Source of the DNA: Bigelowiella natans CCMP2755
Lineage: Eukaryota > Protista > Cercozoa
DNA length: 64,000 nucleotides
Direction: 5' to 3'
Assembly (NCBI GenBank): GCA_000320545.1
Contig: ADNK01001958.1
Span: 1-64,000 of the forward strand
Made by a program: the position numbers and the translations under genes. Shown here piece after piece: positions 36,421-48,340 of the stretch; position 1 is the stretch's first letter; every line of letters starts with the position of its first letter. The notes beneath the pieces were generated by a model that was not told where the DNA came from, made no database searches, and saw only the letters and a program-made list of their open reading frames with translations.

Positions 36421-39400
36421 ATGGGAGGGGACAGGGAAGTAATGTTGGAGGAGAATGGAGAGGTTGGAATGGACGAAGACGGGTTTGAGGACCAGAGTGA
36501 AAAAGATCCAGAGAAAATCTTGATGGATAATTGCTCTCGTTGCCAGCACCGACGTATTAGTCGTAAGAGAATGGTTGTATGGCTACTCATCTCTATCCTC
36601 CTGGTACAACCATCGATCTCGTATCCAATATTTGTTTAAACACGCATACACATGTATAATTAATTACAACATCAAGGCGTGCGCGCAATGGCGGCAAGGT
36701 CGTGATGATCCTGGGAAAGATGCAAGCCATCACCCTCTTCGAAGATCGCCATGGGCACCAGAAAGAGCTGAGAGGGGCCAAAAACTTCCGCGCCCTTGGG
36801 ATCCGCCTGGGGGCGTTGGGATATCGTTGCCTGCTCCGGTATGTGTGTGGTAGATAGAGGCACACCATCACCATCTCACAGAATATGTAGGTTGCTAATG
36901 GCGGTGCTCCGGGGAATATTATTGTTTTCGCTGATGATTTAGGTCTACTATGGAGTCTTCTATGTCCCGTTTGCGATCATGATAAGCTACCCATTATACG
37001 CTTTCATGTAAGAATGAAAACAAGCCTTCACAGTAGTAGAAATAGTAGTAGTAACAGTGGCAGAGATGTTGTAGTACAAGAGTGTTAAGGCTTTGATCTC
37101 ACGTTGATCTTTGTCCCGGAAACAGGCGGGAGATTACACGAAGTATATGCCCATTCTTGCATCGACGAGACCCTCTGCTTCTAGATGTCAAGCTGAAGGT
37201 CTACTACTCATGCACGCATGGAACAATCCCACGCGAATCTTATGAGAATGATGTTTTGGTTTCATAGAGAGGGGGCTACCGTGTCTGCAAGTTCATACGA
37301 TCGTACGTTCTATATATCAGAGTATCCTTCCCTCAGTCACTATGCGTGCTCTTGTTGTCTTCAGATTATCATCGTTCTTTCTTACATTTCACGCACTAAT
37401 GGCTGAGAATAAATAGTTCTTATGTTCCATTTTCATTCTTTTTTATTGCCCACGAATATTACCACATCTATCAGATATAAAGGACGACGAAAGATACTGA
37501 AAAGGTAGAGCGCTGTGATTTAGGCTGTGCTGCCTCCAGACAACCACTAAATTGAATTGAATCTCATAGTAATTACATGTATGGCAGCCGTATTATTCCT
37601 TCTATTCCTCCCCCTCTTTGCCTACCACCCATTGTTGCTGTTTCCTTGCTAATAGGCGCGTGGAAGTGGTAGATTCACTGACAGGATATCAAATCAGAGT
37701 TGAGAGCAGAATCCTTCGCACCTTGGTAAGAGAAGGAAGATGGTTTCACTTCTTCCGGCAGTAATCCAATAACTCGTGCCTTTTTTCGCTGCTATTTTCG
37801 TTAAAAAGGAAAATCAGAATCATGCGCGCATACTCTGGGCGGCTGCCGATGGGGACCTTGCCCTTGTAGTAAATCGTACATTGCCAATCACAATTACATA
37901 ACAGTGTTTTCTGATTTAATCTTCTGCACAAAGGCCGAGCGGACGATGAAAGACATTCCTCTCTTAGAGTAATAGCATTTGTTTATTGTACTACTATCAC
38001 TACTACTACGACTACTGATGATGATAGCAGCGATGGTAAATTCTCTCTAGTACATGCTGCATGTGCATTCAGTATTCTACGCTTTGTACTACACGCATCT
38101 TTGAACAATCACGAAGCGTTTGTGTTTAATATCCATAATATCATCAGACGATGCACCGTCTTCGACTATGAAAATCGATCACCCGTATTTCTTGCAATCA
38201 TGAGGTTAATATCTACACCTCTTCACACCAAAAAACTACCAACTACAACAACAACAACGGCACTATCGTTTCTGCCTCAGTTAGTGACTAACTCTCATAC
38301 TACTACTGCTACTATTACTGGTACCACTACTACTAGAAACCAGTCGCACATGGTGTCTTATCTGACGAAGATCGGTGGTTTCGACTTGAACCGAGGCCCT
38401 AAACACAACCCTGGGCTCTCACCATTATACCTGGCTGTGCGGGTATTAGTTAGTACTGCTAATGTCCTCTTCTTGCCTATCTTTTCTCTCTTCCTGAATC
38501 GAAACAGCCATGATGATATACTTCGACCTAACACATCTTGCTGGCCCTCTTAGAATAGCGATCACAGCAGCGTGAGAGCTTTACTGGAGGCTGGGGCTAA
38601 CGTACACGTATCGAATCCTAGTGAAATGTCGGTAAGTACAGATGATGATGATGATGATGTTTCAAAAGCAGCAAAAGTTAGATGTGATAAGTAATGGTGT
38701 ACGTCATCTTATCCGGTTGATAGGTGGTTTCATCTTGTATCTTCCCATTTTTCATACCGCTCCACACATTTTGCTATAATAACTAACAGGCCAAGCCATT
38801 AACCCTCGCAGCGAAGATCGGAGATGTCAGATGGAACAACAATCATCATCATCATCTTCATCATCATCATCACCAATATTTGTTAAATAAATGCTATTCG
38901 TCTTTCACACAAAACAATACATATTTCTCCGCCGTTTGATTCCAATATAAACAATTGAATGCTGAAACTATACGGTCCTCATATTGATTCATCATCATCA
39001 TATGCGTAGGCTGCTATCGTTCGTGAGCTCCTACGATTCAATGCAGATCCGAACTATAAAGTAAATATTAGTAGTCGTAGTAGTGGCTGTGTAGAAGAAG
39101 AAGGGGAAGAAGAAAGAGGTTGCCGGTTGTGTGTGATTACACCATCAGGCTACTAATGTATCTTTTGATGCAATACTGTGCCAAAATTTTAAAAAAAAGA
39201 TCGATTCAATCTCTTAAGGAGTTGGCTTGTTACGATATCTTCTTCATCATCATCATCACTATCATCATCACAACCATTATCCATCACCATCATCTTATTC
39301 TTTCTCTTATCTCCTCTAAAGATTGACAGGGGGAGGGTCCCTATGCTCCACGACGCGATCAAAGTCTCTTCTAGTTTACAAATAAAAGCACATGTGTTCG

Positions 39401-39984
39401 TGAAGAGAAAACCGAAATACGTGAAACTTTGCAGTGTATGCGTATATGTACATGTATGTAAGCACGCATGCATCCATTCTCCATCATTACCTTCGCACTG
39501 GCGTGGTGTCTTCGTCGCAGTAGATGAGTTGTTCGATGTTTCTCTCTCGTCGTTATGCAGTCGGATTCAGTATCAGTAGTAAGATCACTTCTGGAGGGTG
39601 GGGCAAATCCAAATGCAGTTATGAAAGAAGGTGAGAGAAGAGTGACTATACTAGAGATAAGAATAAGCAAACGTGGCTTGTAAACGATGAAGGTCAAGTA
39701 GAATGTGTGATGTTGTATTCGACACTCCTCATCCTCTGCTATCCCTATCTGTCCCCCCCCCCCCCCTTTTCAGAGAAGATGGATGTGACTGCTTGCATGC
39801 TGGCAGCAAAGTCCAAAAATCACGAGGTTTGTTTGTTGTCACCCTACAAAGAATATAGCAATAACTAACAACATCGAGAATCGAGTAGTGGTACCTATTT
39901 ATTTGTATTGGGCAAAGGGTAGTATTTAGCTTGCAGATGTATGTAGAGATGTATGATTGCTCTTACAGCAGCGAGGTCGATGAT

Positions 39985-40029
<45 letters not shown>

Positions 40030-42610
40030 TTCTATAGATTCTAAGCTTGCTGCTAAAATACAACGTGGATGTTAATGCTTCTAACGAGAAGGTAGTAAAA
40101 GTAGCAGCAGTAGTAGGTAGTTTTAATTTTGTGGGAAAGTATCATTTAAAGGTTGATTTGCACTGAAAGTCGTCGTACAGGGTACTACTATAGCCAAATA
40201 TTATCGAACGAACTATTTAAGCAATCTAAAAAGCAGCCTCAGAGCTCGATATTATCGATGAAAGCATGTTCCTCCTGTAATCTTTCAACTTGGCCGTCGT
40301 TTTGAATATGTTTTACTGTGTGTCTGATTAACAACATTGAAAGGGCACAAGCGCTCTCATCTGCGCCGTATTTGAGAAGGATTTGGACGCTATGAGAATG
40401 CTTCTCAAGTACTACTTCCCGCTTATGCGAAATACACGTTTTAACGTATAGAGATTGTTGTTGTCTTTTCGTCGCGTTATTGGTGGATCATGACTCCCTT
40501 ATTATTAGTTACTTTTGCCTATTTATGAGGGTGATGGTGATGATTCTGTCCCTGCTACTATAATGTTGGCATTTTCACTTGCTCAATACGCATCATCTAT
40601 CATTTAACCAGTGCGGGGGCATATCCTGATTCCGTGTATCTCCAACGCCAACCTGCAAGCTCCAACTCTTTTCAATCATATCTGCAAAACCTTAACAGAT
40701 ACTTAAACTTAACCAGAAGGAAATCGACGACGGAGTCGCAAGCACTATCCTCCCCTCTCATTTCATCATTATCATCCTTAGCACCATCATCATCGTCGTC
40801 GTCATCATCGTCATCGTCATCACCAAATACGGAGCATTATTATCCTTCTGAGAAGGTGGGTCCTGTATTACTGTCATCATTATTGAGTGGTTTCGGGTGA
40901 ATCATTCTCTTTTCCCCTCTTGTATGTGTATTCATTCACCCACGCTATCAATGCTGCAAAAGAACGAATGGGATTAGTATCAATAGTCACAATGACAACT
41001 ACAACAAAAATAACATAATCGCCATCATTATCAACAGTGCTTCTCGTTACGAATGCACGATCTACAAGCTGAGGCGTTGAGGAAGTGGGAATGCTACCGG
41101 AGCAAGGCCTTTGAGGCTATACAGGCTGCAAAGGACAATAACGACAAGATAGCAGCAGCTATCAATCGAAAGAATAGAGACTCCCGTGTCATAGAAAAGA
41201 AAGAGGGGGGACAGGAAGGACAGCTCTTGGAAGAGCATAGCAACGATAACAACAACAACAACGAGATTGGGGGCCTAAGTAACAAGATCGACAGCGCCTC
41301 CTCTTCTGCTTTCATTGAGATCGGAATTACACCGCTCATCTTCGCATGCCAAGGCAACAAATAGTTCCTTTGAAGAGGACTTTTCAGTTTTGTGACCGTT
41401 GTAATTGTACGTCTTTTGTGTATGATGATAATGATTAGCATCATCCTCGATTATTTTTCGTAGCGTTGAACTATTCATAATTTATTATCGATATCGTTCT
41501 ATCGTAGTCGCTAAATGTCATCATCCTCTTCTCTAACTTTCCCTCTTTTTCTTCTTCTTCTTCTTCTTCTTCTTCTTCTTCTTCTTCTTGTTCTCTTTTT
41601 GATGCTGCTGCTTCACATTCACCCATTAGCTGGGGATGTGGAGATGTGTAAGCTGCTGTTGTCATTCGGAGCAAATGCAAACTTTAAGCACAAAGATCCA
41701 GGGTAAACATGGATTGAAACAAAAAAAAGAAAGAAAGAAAGAAAGCATATTTGAAGGTGTAAAAAAGATTATTTCCATCGACACTGACATCTTCTTCTTC
41801 TCAGCATCTGTCCGCTCATCCTTGCAGCTACGGTTGATTCGAAACGAGAGGAACTAATTATAACGAGCCTGTCTTGACACGCGCACTCTCTAACTTGGCG
41901 CTGAATTTACCAAAGGGGATGTATCTACATTGCTGATAAATATTTGTGCTTGATGTGTCACCTTGCGCTTTCTCCCTACTTACTGTTTCCATCCTCCTTC
42001 ATATTTCCAATTACTACTATCACTATTGTCTATCCACCATACATACCGTCGTCTTGAAAGGGGGGGCACACTGAGATATGCATGCTACTCCTGGAAAACG
42101 AAGCCGATCCTGAAGCTCATGACCTTTCCGGAGGGGTACATCCTACGTAAATGTATAATATATGCGTGAAATACACTCGAGATGTCGGGATGAATAAGGG
42201 GGGGGGGGGGATAGAGGGGTGGGGCTTGATGGAGCAAGTTGGGTTCTCGAGTGACGGTGTTAGAAACACTTCGGAATATAATATACTAACGAATACGAGG
42301 TCAAGCTCATGTTGATGTTGATGATCGATTTCAACATTCTTGTAATTTTCACCAGACTGCAGGGGCTAGAGCATTCACCCAGGGATTTATAGAATTGGGA
42401 AAATATCTTCACTCACACGAGCAAGAAAGTCGTCGTCGTCGCCGCTCCCTCGGAAAGTCTCACACAATAGATGTTTTTACGTCGAAACAATCTCAACATC
42501 ATCACGAGCAGCAGCACCACACATCGTGGCAACGTGGAAAGGAAAGGGAAGGCAGAGGTATGCATCTGCAGCAGAATGCACGCATTGTTGATATTCCAGA
42601 TCCCGACTAG
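36421..42610 (+). CDS. Ankyrin-repeat protein, many exons; 5' boundary uncertain
   Basis: SPLYLAV..VRALLEAGANVH, KPLTLAAKIG..IVRELLRFNADPN, GITPLIFAC..VEMCKLLLSFGANAN, GHTEICMLLLENEADPE. Exons in 36421-38000 could belong to a separate gene. Confidence 0.7.
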
Positions 42611-43353
42611 ACAAAAAATCATTAAAAACAGAGTAGCAGCATTGCATTGTTGCTATTATTGTGATCGTCATAGCTAAACTCGCGTACAAAGTATTGTACC
42701 ATGGAAATGCACCTAGCAGGGCTGTACGTTCGCATAGTATCTGGAACATGCATACAATTAATGGATCTACACGTGTATGGGTATCATATTGGCTGCTGTT
42801 TGAAATCATGTGGTTGTGCTTGATAATGGTGCTATCACAAGCAAGCAACAGCACGCACTGCGGCGCATGCTATGCGTTTATGCATTGTACTACACCATTG
42901 AAATAGCATTTACACAATACACGCCGTGAATCGTACGCAGTCATTTGTGTATTGTTCGGTCGGCATGCTGGCACACCATGAGTAGTAACGCATGCAGCAA
43001 AATCGTAGCACTGGTGTACTAAGCTGGAGGCTTTTATCTAGTGTATATATGATGATTCAGTTACATGAGTCAAATGATGTAATAAGGACGCATTTAAAGC
43101 TTGCGCGCTCCAAGATAGCTTCGATCAAGACAGTACAATCATCATGATGAATTCACACGTACTTCTCACTCGCTAGCCAGATAGAAGCCTGATTAATTCG
43201 AACTTTCTAAGCGGTCGTAACCCAGTTAATTTAAGTCACCACGGTAATTCTCTGTGGCCAATTAGAAGAATTGTCATAAGGAGCCTAGCTTTATTGTTTA
43301 CAACCTCTAGCTATGTGGAATCAATCTGCATAATATATATAGCGAGCTTCAAT

Positions 43354-43585
43354 TTATCTATTTAAACCATGGCAAAGATCACCTGCTGATCTATTTGCCA
43401 TGTGACCAGTCGAGTCACAATGCCGTATTAAGTTTATCTCACGAATGAAAAACTTTCCACAGTCTTTGCAGCAAGTAGCAAAGGGGAGAGGGGAGACGAT
43501 TCTCTCGACGTCAAATTCAGGTCTACACCATTGAGACGTTAAGTGCTTTTTCAAGTACGCCTTGTATTTGAACCTGTACGTGGGA

Positions 43586-43642
<57 letters not shown>

Positions 43643-44231
43643 CTTTTGGTATGTTTTAAATTCCACTGATTTGTCATTAAAGGGCCATTGTTAATGATAT
43701 ACTTATAAACGGCAAACATTGAAAAAGCATACGGTCATGAGTCACCCGTCTCTGCCATTTATTCTTACCGTCTGAAACATCTCCCACAAGCGTATTTCCG
43801 GGTCGAAGCATGGGTCGAGTTCATATGTGCATGAAGATACCGCCTTGCCGTGAATCCCCGCCCACATTTGGAGCATTGGAAGCGTGGTGGACGGTGTCGA
43901 GCATCTAGGTGGAACTCAAGCTGACGGCGATTGGCTAAAAGTACTCCGCACTCAGTGCATTGCTTAGGTTTGTGGTGGATCTCCATGTGCTTCCATCGCC
44001 TAGCCGCAGTCACAAATGTTCTGGTAAATAACAACAAGGGATAGGAAGAAGGCGAAAAGGATCATTTGAACGTGCGAGGGCAGCATCAATGATATACCTC
44101 AATACTACTTTCAAAACACATCATCATCAGCATCATGTGGTGTTTTAAACTGCCCACTCCTCCCTTTTTTTAAAAAAAAAACGATGCTCTGTGTAAGTTA
44201 GCAACGTGTTGGTGTGCGTGTGTGTATATAT

Positions 44232-44282
<51 letters not shown>

Positions 44283-44830
44283 GTGTACGTCGTCGTCCTT
44301 TCATCTTTCAACCCACCTGTTACAGCGAGTACATGAGCGCTGACTCCCATATCTATGCGACATTGCATGTCTTTTCAGGTTAGATTTTTGTGTGAAGACC
44401 CAACTACAATTCTCACATCTGAAGGCACGATATGATGACTTCCCAGTGTGGAGAAGCAAGTGTCGTTTGAAGTTGGTTTTCTTCGTAGTAGTGTTGCATA
44501 TCTGGATTCATACAAATCGACGTGAATCGAATCAAACGACGAACGAGTGCGAGTGGACTGACGTACCATGCACAAGAGCATCCCTTCCGAGAGCGGAATA
44601 GATACATTGTTCCAAAAGTCTGCAGAAATCCGAGTCCTTCTCTTTCCGCCGTTGTTGCACGTTGTTTGTGCTTGTAGCTGCTGCTCGTGACCTGTTAGTG
44701 AAGCTATCTCGAGAAACGTTTCTACCTTGGCTTCTGGAGGGGTGTTGCCGCTACCATCAAGGGGGGTATCATCGGGTAATACAGTAGCAGCAGTAGATAG
44801 TATATTGGAGCATTTTGGCATCGACGCCAT
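43354..44830 (-). CDS. C2H2 zinc-finger protein
   Basis: CTECG..HLDARH, FQCSKCGRGF..HMNSTH, YACGRC..H, CKDCGKFF..HCDSTGH. Start approximate. Confidence 0.8.
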
Positions 44831-45349
44831 CAAAGCAGGTGCAGCGGCAGTAAAAGCGTAGACAAGGAAGGTGATAATATTTAATTGCAAAGCCAGAAAC
44901 CACAACCGCTGTCTGGCGGTGTAGAGACGGGTAGATCAAGAGAATATCTTCCTTTTGTTATAATTTGGTTGTTCTTATCTCCTTCTTCCTCTCCTCTCTC
45001 TTCTTCGGCTGCTCCCAAAGAATGTTTGTCGGTAGACTAGCACTTACGCACCAGCTTATTCAGAACACGTCACCACCACCTCTACGCGTTGTGATCGTCG
45101 CTTCTCACGCGTTAGAGCCTGTGAATCATCGTTTCACACGTGTAGTGGGAGAAGAAGGAGGGAGGGCATGATGATCGCATCTCCATCAGTGAAGACCCAT
45201 GCGATCGATGATGTATCGTTTTTTATTTATCATTTAGACTTTTTATTTGCGATGTTTGTGGGTGTCATGTTGTTCATGCATGAAGATCTTGGATTGTAAT
45301 TTTTATTAGGATGTTTTTCGCATGAATTTAAGACCAAAATAGTTCTTAC

Positions 45350-46367
45350 TCAGGATGAATTTTGCCCTGTCCGCTGTGCGCGGCCTGCAGTCTGCCCCGC
45401 TAGTTTGCGCTAGTCAGTCCTCACTGAAGCCAGTTCGACGAGGCAATGCATTTCGCACATTGCAAGTGTCTTGTCACACTTTGGAAGTGTAGTTTTTCAT
45501 CATTGTTCCCATTGTTCTCATTGTTCTGGATGACCGATCGAGCAACAAGTGTTGTGAAACGAGCCCCTCATTTTCCATGATGATCCAGTTGATTGAGGGG
45601 GGTGTGGATGAGTTTGCACATCCCACGATCCTTTCAACCGCTCAATTGGAATCACTTCATTCATTCATTTGTTCACGGATGAGTGTGTCACACACTGGCA
45701 CACACCACACACCACACACGATGGAGGAGCTTGTGCAGCGTGCGAGGCGCGGTCGCCATCGCGAAGTGTGGTGACCACCGACACGGTGTGCAATGTGCAT
45801 GACACGTGATGTGCAGTGCATGCACCGTGTGCACTGTGTCCATTGCAGTGCACAGGGTGCCAAAAAATCTCCAGCTCGATGACTTTGCTGGAGGCGTTGT
45901 GGTGCCACCCAGTTGCGCCCGGCACGTTCGTTTCCGTGGCCTTTGTCTGACTTCCAGCAAATCCACACCCCCACACACTTGACATGTCATTCTCTGGTTC
46001 TTCCCGCTGACTCAAAGCCTGACAAGGCGTTGCACTCCCACCAGCTGAAAAACTGAAGGAAGTGACGTCCGAACCTTTTGATTCTCAGTCCAACACGCCA
46101 AACATTGCAGACACGCAATGTCACATGTGTGTCCATCATGAACTTGACGCGTGGCGGCGTTTCCAAATCCCAAGCTAGCAAGGTGACTCACCCAAACCTC
46201 TGGACCTGCTGGTGCCACGTGTTGCTGTGCTTTGCGATGTCGCAGCTGCAAAGGTGCACTCTGGACATGCTAGCATGCATGAAGACACGAAGCATGCTCG
46301 CGCTCGCGTTGGCCCAGCTAGCCAGCGTGTGGTGCATTGCATGTGCATGATGACGACTGCTTGGCGG
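45350..46367. other. Strongest TpA-depleted island
   Basis: No TA between 45492 and 46175; 6 TA in about 1 kb (5 CTAG, 1 GTAG); rich in TG, CA and CG. Confidence 0.9.
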
Positions 46368-46969
46368 TAGATCCTGCTACCTTGGAGAACCAGCTTCACG
46401 CCCCCCACAATGAAGGGCACGTGAACAATCGGTCGTAGCAGCTGAGCCACAAGTGTGCAAATTCTGCGGTTGACACAACGTGCACACGACGCTACGTTGT
46501 AGAAATTGCAAGAATGAGTAAAATGTATGGTGAATGGTTCGAAAAATGGGACCCAAATGTGGTTCATAATAAACAAGTATACGCGCACAGCAGCATGTAC
46601 AAGCCCGGCCATGTGCTACGTGGCTGCACAACACTAGAACACATGGCATGCGCCACTGGCGGCATCTATATGCATCACGACATGACTAGATGACGGTGCA
46701 AATGCAAGATCTAGCATCTTGGCATTGGTTCATCGACTAGCTAGAGGGGGAAGGTGAGTGCACGGAGCGTCGCTACGCACACAAATGCACACATGTGAAT
46801 ACATTATAAAGTTTACATTACATACAAGTTGCCAGGCATCATCACAAATACATCATTGCGTGACTGTATACCTGATTATGCATGATAGCTTAGTGCATAT
46901 TGATTGAGGAAGATCTGACAATAACCTTAATATATAACCTTAATATAAAACTTAGAACTGTTTCGTTTA

Positions 46970-47578
46970 TCAGGCCGTTCCTCCTATCTCTTCCTCCCCG
47001 TTACTCGGTGCATCAGTTCCTAGCTTGAATGCTGTTCCTTGAAAGTTGTTATCTTGCTGTGGAGATTGGCTAACCTGCTGGTAGCCGCCTCCTTGACCAT
47101 TAATGGGGCCTTGATCCGAGGCACCGTAGCCAGACTGCTGCCCAGCTTCTGAACGCCAATTTGGATCTGCGATATCATGGAGAATATCTCGAAGTTCTCT
47201 ATACAAGAGATTGCTTATTATACTAGCGATCAGGTAGAAGACTGTTCCGGCGATTACTGTTGCAACGTATAGATGGTACTGCCATTTGGTTGTTCCAGGA
47301 ATTTTTGTAGCCTTGGTAGCAAGGAGGACGATTCTGACTGTGCTCCAGAAAAAGTCCATTCCAGTGTAGATGCAGTAGCATAGTACTTGGTAAACGTTGA
47401 AACGATTTGGGTCGCGTATAGCACAGTAGCCGATGACGGCACCGATCATATCGAACATGCCATCTATTACGGAAAGGCAGCTGAACTCCATTATTGCCAG
47501 GATCACGTGGAAATTTAGAGCAACCCAGAGAACACTTGCTATCTTTTTCGCCTTCGGAGTGGGAATCAATGTAGGCAT
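46970..47578 (-). CDS. Membrane protein with about 4 TM segments and a G/Q-rich tail; function unknown
   Basis: Open frame with four hydrophobic stretches then GGGYQQ..FQGTAFKLG; an upstream exon is possible. Confidence 0.7.
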   Translation of the reverse strand: MPTLIPTPKAKKIASVLWVALNFHVILAIMEFSCLSVIDGMFDMIGAVIGYCAIRDPNRFNVYQVLCYCIYTGMDFFWSTVRIVLLATKATKIPGTTKWQYHLYVATVIAGTVFYLIASIISNLLYRELRDILHDIADPNWRSEAGQQSGYGASDQGPINGQGGGYQQVSQSPQQDNNFQGTAFKLGTDAPSNGEEEIGGTA

Positions 47579-48340
47579 ATCGCTGAATCCAGAGACTATG
47601 TAGATAAACACAATATAGAGAAAAGTGAAGAAGTGGTTGACTCGTGACACAAAAGGCTATTGGGAAAAGGAATATTGGAGGAATCAAAAATAGCATCTAT
47701 GCTGATTTTATGCACCTATAAATAATTACCTAAACACATTTTTCCTTTTCCACAGGCTTAAGTTGCTTTGAAGAGAAAATTATTAGAAGAATCGGTTGGC
47801 AATAGGAACGGAGGATCTGGCAGCCGCTTCGTGTTAGCGCCCCCCTCCTGTTGCTCCTCCTTCGTCTGTCTGCTATTTAATTCGAAACAAAGAGGTGATT
47901 TCGTGGTCCTAAGACATGCAATTATGGATGTCGTATGTTGCAATGTTTGGGCTTTCCCAAAAGGATTCTTCTAAGTTTTCATCTCTTCATCTCTGCCTTT
48001 TCTGGTTTGGACTTAAACCTTATGCGACTTGCTAAATGTCACACTTCCAGTGCAAATATATGCGTATTTGAATCTAAATTTGAAATCCTTGTTGTCATGT
48101 ATCCCTGAAAACTAAAACAAAACGCGAAAGGCACTGAGTTCTCCGTTTGCGACAAGGATGCGCACTAAAGAAGTTATTCAAATGTAGTGACATTTCGCAG
48201 CCGAAGAAAATACCGAGGGTTGTTTTTGGAGGAGAGTCTCGGAGAAACCTCTGAATGGTGTTGAGATGGCTGATGATGATGGTTTTGACTATGCGCTGTT
48301 GAGTGGTCACCAGAGCCTTTCATAATTCGTGGTGTCCACG

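Noticed and set aside
45577-46649. Overlapping His/Cys-rich ORFs as genes
   Set aside because: Explained by the absence of TAA/TAG in TA-free DNA; a decayed exon is possible but not identifiable.
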